The notes beneath the pieces were generated by a model. It worked only from the letters and a program-made list of their open reading frames with translations. It was not told the origin of the DNA and did not search any database. The translations under genes and the position numbers were made by a program. From Chloroflexota bacterium (GTDB lineage Bacteria; Chloroflexota; Dehalococcoidia; UBA2247; RBG-13-53-26): 64,000 nt of DNA. Below, one piece after another: positions 56,847 through 64,000 of the stretch (position 1 is the stretch's first letter; each line of letters begins with the position of its first letter). The stretch is taken from contig PUNJ01000020.1 of NCBI GenBank assembly GCA_003551705.1, forward strand, positions 17,128-81,127. The letters run 5' to 3'.

Positions 56847-57016
56847 GTTACTTGACCGGCCACTACATCTATAAAGGCGACAAACTTCGACGCGCGGGAA
56901 TTCCACACTCATTGTTCCCGTCGCGGCGAAGCATATCGGTTTGACGTTATCCCTTGGGTTGGAGATAAAATATATCTAAGCCTTTCTAGCAAGAGGGCCG
57001 TCGAAAAACACTTTTC

Positions 57017-58249
57017 ATGACGAGCGAACCTAAACTTCGAGAAGTGAGGACACAGCCGGCTCTCCATCAGGGCCGGCAGGGCTTTGTTCTGACCGACCCT
57101 CTGGGCATATGCCAGGCTGCTATCTTCATACCTGCATCGCTGGCGCCCTTGCTCGCTCTCATGGACGGAACACGTGGACCCGACGCCTTGCGTACTGCTT
57201 TCCAATTGAGAATGGGCATGGCCCTGAGCAATGAGACCATCCATCAGCTTGTATCAAGCCTGGATCAAGTCCTTCTCCTCGACAACCAGCGGTTCGCTAC
57301 TGCCCTCAGGAGCGCCGTCGAAGCTTACCGGGCGGCGCCATACCGGGCCTTCACCTTGCCAGGCAATTGCTGCCCCAGTGACCCTGCCGGCTTGTCCCAA
57401 TACTTCGACGGCCTGCTAAGCACGGCAGACCATGACCAGGTTGTACCCGCAGATAGAATCTTGGGAGTGATCGTACCCCACATAGATTTTCCCAGGGGAG
57501 GCCCAGTGTATGCAGACGTCTGGTCAAAGGCCGGCAACGCTATCAGAGAAGCCGAGCTGGTGATCATTCTGGGCACGGACCACGCCGGACAAAACAGCAG
57601 CCTCACCCTTACAAGACAAAGCTACCAAACGCCATGGGGTACCCTGCCCACCGCAACAAGCCTGGCCGACGAGATCGCCAGAATTGCTGGTGATGAATTA
57701 TTCAAGGACGAACTCCATCACAGCCGGGAACACTCTGTAGAAACCGCGGCCCTGTGGGTCCATTACCTGATGCGGGACAGAGTACGTCCCGTTCTACCGG
57801 TTCTCTGCGGTTCCATGCAAGAGTATATGGGCAGTTCCCGAAGCCCTGCCACCAATGGCTCCGTGGGAACGGTGGCCCGCATGCTGAGCAAGATTGCTTC
57901 CGGAAGAAGGACCGTCTTCGTAGCCGCGGCGGACCTGGCACATGTCGGCCCGGTTTTCGGCGATCCCCATCCTTTGGACACCGTGAGCAAGACAGAACTT
58001 ACCAAGACTGATGAGAGGCTTATGCAGGTGCTGGCCCACGGCGACCCGGAAGCCTTCTTGGCAGAGATCAGCGCAGAGGGTGATAGGCGTCGGATCTGCG
58101 GAGTCCCACCCGTGTACCTGATGTTGCTGGCCCTGAGCAGCTTGGACGGTCTATCGGGTATACCGGCCGGTTATGCGCAATGCCCGGCCAGCGAAGACGG
58201 CGGTTCCATAGTTTCCATCTGTGGCATGGTGTACCGCACCAGTGATTGA
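57017..58249 (+). CDS. MEMO1/AmmeMemoRadiSam-B family protein with about 100-aa N-terminal extension
   Basis: Motifs VIVPHIDF, ILGTDHAG, AADLAHVGP and ICGVPPV parallel the Memo1 signatures IIAPHAGY, ILGPSHH, SSDFCHWG and CGRHPI. Confidence 0.6.
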   Translation: MTSEPKLREVRTQPALHQGRQGFVLTDPLGICQAAIFIPASLAPLLALMDGTRGPDALRTAFQLRMGMALSNETIHQLVSSLDQVLLLDNQRFATALRSAVEAYRAAPYRAFTLPGNCCPSDPAGLSQYFDGLLSTADHDQVVPADRILGVIVPHIDFPRGGPVYADVWSKAGNAIREAELVIILGTDHAGQNSSLTLTRQSYQTPWGTLPTATSLADEIARIAGDELFKDELHHSREHSVETAALWVHYLMRDRVRPVLPVLCGSMQEYMGSSRSPATNGSVGTVARMLSKIASGRRTVFVAAADLAHVGPVFGDPHPLDTVSKTELTKTDERLMQVLAHGDPEAFLAEISAEGDRRRICGVPPVYLMLLALSSLDGLSGIPAGYAQCPASEDGGSIVSICGMVYRTSD

Positions 58250-58270
58250 CGTTGGCAAGATAATCCCAGT

Positions 58271-59710
58271 TTAAGTAACCCGTGCCTCCCTCAGAAAGAA
58301 GTCGACCCACCAGTAGATGTCACGGGCCCTTATGGAACTTCTTAGCCTCTTCATGCGTGACCTGCGCTCGTTGGTATTCATGATGAAGGCCTGATAGATA
58401 GCCTGGGCGGTACTCTCAACATCGTAGGGGTTTACGAGCAAAGAACCACCACGAAGCTGCACGGCCGCCCCGGCGAACTCGCTTAGTATCAGTACACCGT
58501 TACGGTCGACGTTAGCGGCACAATACTCCTTGGCTACCAGATTCATGCCATCCTTGAGAGGCGTCACCAGGGCAATAGCAGCAGCACGGTAGTACGCCAA
58601 CAATTCCATACGAGGCAGATTACGGTACATGTAGTGTACAGGTACCCAGGCCCAGCGGCTGAACCTGCCGTTAATCTCACTCACCAGTCCCTCCACCTCC
58701 TCTCGGAGTTCCTGGTACTCCGGAATATCTTCCCGGCTGGGTACAACTACCTGCACCAGTGTTACCTTCTCCTGGAGATCTGTATATTGTTCGAGGGCAT
58801 AACGGAAAGCCTGTAGCTTCTGGGGAAGACCCTTGGAATAGTCCAAACGGTCGACACCCAAGATTATCTGCCTATCCGGCACTGCCTGGCACAGGTCCCA
58901 TGCCCTTTGGGCCACAAGCTCTTGCGACGCGTCCCTGGCGAATTGGCCGAAATCAATGCTTATGGGAAAGCTCCCCACTTTCAGCTCTCTTTCCGGCCTG
59001 GCAATAGTCGATACTTGCCTGCGAGCATCATGCTGCACGCCCTTTATCAGTGATTCAACGCATTGCAAAAAGTTGTTACGATCACGGGCAGTCTGGAAGC
59101 CCAGCAGGTCATACTCCATCATCGCTTGAAGCACCTGGCGACGCCAGGGCAGCTTCAGGAAAATATCGAGCGGAGGGAAAGGCGTGTGAAGAAAGAAACC
59201 AGTCTTGTTACGTACCTTGAGATTGCGCAGCTCCTTAGCTACAAGAAGCAGGTGGTAGTCCTGGACCCAGATATAGTCAAGACGGCTTACGTTGCGGGCA
59301 ATAACCTGTGCAAACTTGGCATTTACTTCCTTGTAGACGTTCCAGTAGGCGGGGTCAAAATTGCAGAGGTTCTGCAGATCATGAAAGAGCGGCCAGAGTA
59401 TCTCATTGGAGAAGCCATAGTAGTAGTCTCCAACCTCTTCCTCAGTAAGGTTTACCCCCTTAAGCGCGTACCCTGCTTCCACGCCTTTTGCAGCAAGGGC
59501 TTGTTCCAGGCCGCCATCCTCATAGACTCCCGGCCAGCCTATCCACAGTCCGCCCTTCTGACGAAGGACAGGCTCCAGTGCTGTAACAAGGCCCCCGCCG
59601 CTTGCCTCCACCTGCCACATCCCCCACTCGTCACGAATCAGAGTGAAGGGCAAGCGATTGGATACTACTACCAGGCCGTTTGATTGTGCCTGGCCATTTT
59701 CCCAGCCGAT
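58271..59710 (-). CDS. otsA: alpha,alpha-trehalose-phosphate synthase (GT20 family); start codon ambiguous
   Basis: GT20/OtsA collinearity. The conserved N-terminal LVVVSNRLP motif is encoded in frame upstream of the first ATG/GTG/TTG. An AGGAGGG SD sits 5 nt before an in-frame ATC at 59710. Confidence 0.75.
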   Translation of the reverse strand: MGWENGQAQSNGLVVVSNRLPFTLIRDEWGMWQVEASGGGLVTALEPVLRQKGGLWIGWPGVYEDGGLEQALAAKGVEAGYALKGVNLTEEEVGDYYYGFSNEILWPLFHDLQNLCNFDPAYWNVYKEVNAKFAQVIARNVSRLDYIWVQDYHLLLVAKELRNLKVRNKTGFFLHTPFPPLDIFLKLPWRRQVLQAMMEYDLLGFQTARDRNNFLQCVESLIKGVQHDARRQVSTIARPERELKVGSFPISIDFGQFARDASQELVAQRAWDLCQAVPDRQIILGVDRLDYSKGLPQKLQAFRYALEQYTDLQEKVTLVQVVVPSREDIPEYQELREEVEGLVSEINGRFSRWAWVPVHYMYRNLPRMELLAYYRAAAIALVTPLKDGMNLVAKEYCAANVDRNGVLILSEFAGAAVQLRGGSLLVNPYDVESTAQAIYQAFIMNTNERRSRMKRLRSSIRARDIYWWVDFFLREARVT

Positions 59711-60197
59711 TGTGTCCCTCCTGACCAGTCCAATCCGTGCCAGGTTATGTCATTTTGACCATGCCATCTGCCACCCTCATGACAGGTCGCCCATACGGCA
59801 ACCCAGGAAAGGCCAATCCCAGTGCAAGGACCAATTTCTGGCAACAACAATATATCACAGGCCTTCATGAAGCCGCAATACATCTCAATCCTGTCTCTCG
59901 ACGGCGTTCAACCGCCCGACATTTCAGACTCGTCACTGGCAGTGTCTCGCTCTTATATCGTGACGGCGGGCTACAGGCAGGCGCGGTGCCCGCTCTATTT
60001 CTACACCTTTGAGATGGCGGGGGTCCGACCGGCAACCCAGTCATCCGCTAAACGGACTTGCGACCACCCGGCCAAGGTTGAGGCGGATACCGTTTGATCT
60101 CCAATGAGGTCCATGTAATAAATCCGTTACGTTTGCCCCGTTCCAAGAAGACACAAAAGGAGTACCATGGTGACAGGCCTGCAAAGGGAGAAGAGTC

Positions 60198-60431
60198 GTG
60201 GCCAGGTTCCTGATAGAAGCACCACATGGCGCGGATGAATGCTTGAAGATGTTCCATAAGATGGTCGAGATGGCCAGGGACGCGGACAAGCTCGAGTTTG
60301 GTTGTAAGGCTGATGACCACCGAGCAATAGCTGTAATGGATGCAGACAGTGAGGCACAAGCCTTGGAGATGGTGCCAGAATCTTTTCGCCATAGGGCGCA
60401 TATAGTCAAACTGGAAGACTTCGAGCCCTAA
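60198..60431 (+). CDS. small hypothetical protein (77 aa)
   Basis: GTG start 7 nt after GGGAG; no known motif. Confidence 0.35.
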   Translation: MARFLIEAPHGADECLKMFHKMVEMARDADKLEFGCKADDHRAIAVMDADSEAQALEMVPESFRHRAHIVKLEDFEP

Positions 60432-60549
60432 CCGACCAAGGCGCCTAAACATGCAAAGAGCCTTGGCATAATGAACGCGGCCCCATCGAAGACAGGGCCG
60501 CCTCACTTCTTCCTAAAACACGCTGATTAAGACGAAAGTATCAAGTCCT

Positions 60550-61761
60550 CTAGAAGACCACCCCTTGCTTTCTGAACTCCAAGACGTCTTCCTCAGAATA
60601 GCCCAGTCCAGTCATGACTTCTTGAGTATGCTTGCCCAAGGTAACCCCCAGACTACGAATGGTACCTGGTGTATCCGAGAGCTTGATGCTGATACCAATC
60701 TGCTGGATCTTGCCAAACTTCGGATGATCAACCTCCACCAGCATCTGCCGCTGCAGGACCTGAGGATCGGAGAAGAGTTCGTCCAGTTCCAAGACCTTGC
60801 CTATTGGCACATCAGCCTTTGTCAATTCATCGAACCACTCATCTCTGGTCTTTGTCAGGAATATCTCCTTGAAGGTGGCGAATAGCTCGTCCTTCTTGCT
60901 CTCGTCAAACTGAAAAGGAATCATCTCTTCCTTGCCCAGTGCCTTGCACATATTGGCATAAAAGCGGGGTTCGATGGGACACAGGGTAAGCCACTTGTCG
61001 TCTTTGGCTTTGTAAACGCTATAGAAAGGTAAGGTTCCACTGGTCATGGTCTCACCGCGCTTGGGAACGACACCCTGATAAAGGAACTCACCACCGCCTG
61101 GCACTCCGGTCAGTATTTGGACTACTCCGTCGGTCATCGAAATATCAACATGCTGCCCGCGGCCGGTCCTTTCCCGGGCGCAAATGGCCAGGAGTATGCC
61201 AATGACGGTCTGGTATACGGCTACAGCGATGTCTGCAACTATGTTCAGGGCGATCACGGGCGGCCTGTCACCGTCATCACCAGTGAGGCCCAGCACCCCC
61301 CCCATTCCGGCATAATTGGCATCGTGACCCGGGAAACTCCGATAGGGGCCAGTCTGACCATATCCGGAAACGGAACACACGATTATCCTCGGATTGATCT
61401 TGGATGCCGCCTCATACCCGGCATTCATGCGATCCATCACACCTGGCCGGAAGGCTTCCAGAACAACATCAAATTCGGCCACCAATCTGTTAAATATCTT
61501 CTGGCCCGCCTCCTGCCTCAAGTTGAGCGCCATATTGCGCTTGTTCCGGTTGGTGGCCATGTAGGCATTCATCTTCTCGTTTTCTTCGTCGCTTTCAGGA
61601 AAGTAAGGCAGGCCATCGCCCACCCCACGACTGCCACCACCCGGAGGCAGGTCTATTTTCAGGACCTCAGCTCCCATGTCACCCAGCATCATGGCTGCTA
61701 TGGAAGCTGGACCCAGTCCCGTCATATCCAGGACTTTGATTCCACTAAGTGCTGATGCCAA
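60550..61761 (-). CDS. family III CoA-transferase
   Basis: GIKVLDMTGLGPASIAAMMLGDMGAEVLKIDLP signature. TTG start 5 nt after AGGAGGG. Confidence 0.8.
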   Translation of the reverse strand: MASALSGIKVLDMTGLGPASIAAMMLGDMGAEVLKIDLPPGGGSRGVGDGLPYFPESDEENEKMNAYMATNRNKRNMALNLRQEAGQKIFNRLVAEFDVVLEAFRPGVMDRMNAGYEAASKINPRIIVCSVSGYGQTGPYRSFPGHDANYAGMGGVLGLTGDDGDRPPVIALNIVADIAVAVYQTVIGILLAICARERTGRGQHVDISMTDGVVQILTGVPGGGEFLYQGVVPKRGETMTSGTLPFYSVYKAKDDKWLTLCPIEPRFYANMCKALGKEEMIPFQFDESKKDELFATFKEIFLTKTRDEWFDELTKADVPIGKVLELDELFSDPQVLQRQMLVEVDHPKFGKIQQIGISIKLSDTPGTIRSLGVTLGKHTQEVMTGLGYSEEDVLEFRKQGVVF

Positions 61762-61937
61762 TTTATCCCTCCTATCTATCGGACAAGCCGAAAATTGACG
61801 CCGCAGGCCGGTTTCTAAGAGGTATGAACAGATATGTCAGTTCTCTTACTGAAACCGGAATTCACCCGCCAGAAACCGCCTCGCAGCAGCCAACGGTGCG
61901 TGGATTGGCAGCGTACACAATCAGCCCGCCTGACCCA

Positions 61938-62192
61938 TTACGTTGCAGATTCCTGGCTCAACCCCTTTCCTCGCTTGAATTTCAACCAGAAATACGGAAA
62001 GCCCAGTATGAATACCAGCAAGCCAAAGCTTACCATCTTCACCGATTTCAATGCTTCGGGTGGAGTTATGATAACGTCCATAGGCATTACCCCGAGAGCC
62101 AGCTGCTGCATAACAAGCTTGTCTCCGTCTCGCTTGATCCCGCTGAAGACAGATGCCACTGTTCCATCTGGATTGTAGACCGTCATGCCCAT
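61938..62192 (-). CDS. small hypothetical protein with C-terminal transmembrane helix (84 aa)
   Basis: ATG preceded by AAAAGGGGGG SD. Hydrophobic segment MVSFGLLVFILGFPYFWL. Confidence 0.4.
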   Translation of the reverse strand: MGMTVYNPDGTVASVFSGIKRDGDKLVMQQLALGVMPMDVIITPPEALKSVKMVSFGLLVFILGFPYFWLKFKRGKGLSQESAT

Positions 62193-62370
62193 GATTACCC
62201 CCCTTTTCTCTGGGCCCGGGACCGGCCCGTCTGGCAGTCTGCTTTCCGACTGCAAAACTTCTTGAGCATGCCCCGTAGTTCAAGCTATTCTTAAGATACG
62301 GATTTGTTATGGAGTATAAAGGATGCCCGAGATCAAATCAAGCTGGCTGCCCTCGGAGCTGGAGTGAGCC

Positions 62371-63819
62371 ATGGGCAAACAGATCGAAACCTTCAATAGC
62401 ACAATATGCCACCTGATAACCGCTGCCAGGTCCTCTGCCACTACGGCAGAGAAGCTTGACCTGCTGACGACCCTCGCTCCCCAAGCTTTGGCTGTGAAAG
62501 GGTGTTCCCTGCTACTGCTTGACGGTGAGAACAAGAAGCTGATTTATGCTGCCAGCCATGGTTTGAGCGAGAGGTACCTGCGCAAGGGTCTGATTGAGGC
62601 AGAGAAGAGCATGCCCGAAACCACCCATGGCAAGGTTGTCAAGGTAAAGGACGCCGCTAGCGACGAGCGCCTCCAGTTCCCCGAACTGGCCCAACAGGAG
62701 CATATAGCCTCGATAATGGGAACCCCTGTCACCATAAGAGGCACTGTAGCCGGTAGCCTGCGAGTCTATAGCCGGGTAAGTCGCGATTTTTCTGCAGCTG
62801 AAGAGAACTTCCTGCTCACCGTGGCTGAAGTGGCCGGGCTGATCCTCGAGTCAGGTCAGATGCGCCGCAAAGAGTCCAATGCCCTTTCCCAAGCTTCGAT
62901 AGGATTGGAAAAAGGCCATGTGCTGCCTGTCAGGGATGCCGTCTTTGCCCATCAAAGTGAAGAGGAGTTTGCCAAGCTGCTGGATTTCTACCAGATTGAA
63001 TGGCTCTACGAACCCCGTTCGTTCCCTCTCAAATGGGAAGAAGGCCGGATCACCGAGATGTTTACCCCCGATTTCTACCTGCCCGGCTTGGACCTTTACA
63101 TTGAGGTGACAACGCTGAAACCCGAACTGACGAGGGACAAAAAGAGAAAGGTCAGGCGCATGCACGAGGTCCATCCCGATGTAAAGATAAAGCTGCTGGC
63201 CCGCCATGAATACGATATTCTGCTGTCCAAGTACGGGTACGGGCCCCTGGCCGGCACCAAGACCAGGGGAGCCGGCCAGGTACTGTATAGCACCGAGCGC
63301 ATACAGACCCGTGTCCGCCAGCTCGCCGAGGAGATATCCAGGGGCTACGAAGGTCAGCGGCCATTGCTGATCGGTGTAATGAAAGGTGTGTTCATTTTTA
63401 TGGCCGACCTGATGAGATACCTGACCGTCCCGGCGGAGGTGGACTTCATGGCCATATCCTATTATGAGGTCGAGAAAGGCGGCGCCGTCAGGGTAACCAA
63501 AGATCTGGACATCAATCCCGAGGGGCGCAACGTCCTGCTGATCGAGGACATCGTCGATACGGGAATGACCTTGAGCTTCATCCTGGCATATCTCAGAACG
63601 CGCAAGCCAGCCAGTCTTGCCGTTTGTACCCTCTTCGATAAGAATGTGCGGCGGCTGGCTGATGTTGAACTTGATTATGTGGGCTTCGCGGTCCCTGAGG
63701 AGTTCATCATCGGTTACGGGCTCGATAATCGGGAAGAGTACCGCAACCTGCCCTTTGTGGCCCTACTGGAGCATGAGCAACCTCCGGACCAGCCACCCCC
63801 CAACCAACAGACGGAATAG
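62371..63819 (+). CDS. three-domain fusion: N-terminal GAF domain, Vsr/DUF559-like middle domain, C-terminal hypoxanthine-guanine phosphoribosyltransferase
   Basis: C-terminal ~180 aa collinear with Hpt (LLIGVMKGVFIFMADL, LLIEDIVDTGMTL, GYGLDNREEYRNLPF). Middle segment TPDFYLPGLDLYIEVTT resembles the DUF559/Vsr motif. N-terminal ~165 aa GAF-like. Confidence 0.75.
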   Translation: MGKQIETFNSTICHLITAARSSATTAEKLDLLTTLAPQALAVKGCSLLLLDGENKKLIYAASHGLSERYLRKGLIEAEKSMPETTHGKVVKVKDAASDERLQFPELAQQEHIASIMGTPVTIRGTVAGSLRVYSRVSRDFSAAEENFLLTVAEVAGLILESGQMRRKESNALSQASIGLEKGHVLPVRDAVFAHQSEEEFAKLLDFYQIEWLYEPRSFPLKWEEGRITEMFTPDFYLPGLDLYIEVTTLKPELTRDKKRKVRRMHEVHPDVKIKLLARHEYDILLSKYGYGPLAGTKTRGAGQVLYSTERIQTRVRQLAEEISRGYEGQRPLLIGVMKGVFIFMADLMRYLTVPAEVDFMAISYYEVEKGGAVRVTKDLDINPEGRNVLLIEDIVDTGMTLSFILAYLRTRKPASLAVCTLFDKNVRRLADVELDYVGFAVPEEFIIGYGLDNREEYRNLPFVALLEHEQPPDQPPPNQQTE

Positions 63820-64000
63820 TCCCGACGATGAACAAAATCCCTGGGTGACCTACCCGGCCTTCCCTACCCTTTCGGACAGGTACCTCCGGTTCAATCACCC
63901 AGGGTATTTATATATTAGCACCACAAGGCCGAGGTGCAAGAGATGCTTAGAGCCGATTAGAGACCATCTGGTCCATTTGCGGTCCTTTATTGTTCCATAT

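Noticed and set aside
61749-62294. 181-aa + strand ORF overlapping the small minus-strand gene
   Set aside because: No SD, low-complexity S/P/R-rich translation. The minus-strand 84-aa ORF has a strong SD and a TM helix, so it was preferred.
1-64000. CRISPR arrays, rRNA/tRNA genes, prophage or integrative elements
   Set aside because: No regularly spaced direct repeats, no rRNA-like or cloverleaf-foldable segments, no phage structural, integrase or recombinase genes detected by eye.

Overview
This 64 kb window is a gene-dense chromosomal region (about 60 CDS, no rRNA or tRNA detected) that reads as a moderately GC-rich anaerobic bacterium: it carries bacterial housekeeping genes (mnmG, folC, fbaB class-I aldolase, L25/Ctc, otsA) and the strong Shine-Dalgarno sequences are GGAGG-type. 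The rest is dominated by acyl-CoA and anaerobic-energy metabolism. (1) A Stickland-like module: a four-subunit 2-oxoacid:ferredoxin oxidoreductase and a D-2-hydroxyacid dehydrogenase, convergent with a family-III CoA transferase and a 2-hydroxyacyl-CoA dehydratase B/C pair; a second B/C pair lies further on, and no activator ATPase is in the window. (2) A PaaK-like ligase homologue with a degenerate P-loop, followed by an archaeal-type DUF35/thiolase/HMG-CoA-synthase-like trio. (3) MeaB next to two tandem, diverged split B12 acyl-CoA mutases whose substrate-pocket residues match neither methylmalonyl- nor isobutyryl-CoA mutase. (4) The most unusual part, 25-42 kb: an archaeal-type CO dehydrogenase/acetyl-CoA synthase-like set arranged non-canonically. 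It has a cdhB-like gene, an MFE-2-type (R)-3-hydroxyacyl-CoA dehydrogenase, and two tandem copies of a [cdhC-like, 4xCxxC zinc-ribbon miniprotein, cdhA-like] module, with no corrinoid Fe-S protein or methyltransferase genes in the window. This is abutted by a convergent operon encoding a ChlI-like AAA+ ATPase, CooC, a ChlD-like AAA+-vWA fusion (both AAA+ proteins carry an unusual Cys4 insertion), an FwdB/FwdD-like split molybdopterin enzyme and a poly-Fe-S protein. I read that operon as a candidate, previously undescribed metallocentre-maturation/chelatase-motor system coupled to the CODH/ACS-like modules. Other features: four family-III CoA-transferase paralogues, an acetyl-CoA hydrolase-GNAT fusion, a GAF-Vsr/DUF559-like-HPRT fusion, a Memo-like protein, a DnaJ-type zinc-finger miniprotein, and two promoters sharing an identical 13-nt AGATTTGACACTC element. 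No CRISPR, IS or integrase is apparent. All functional calls are from motif and architecture recognition without database searches.
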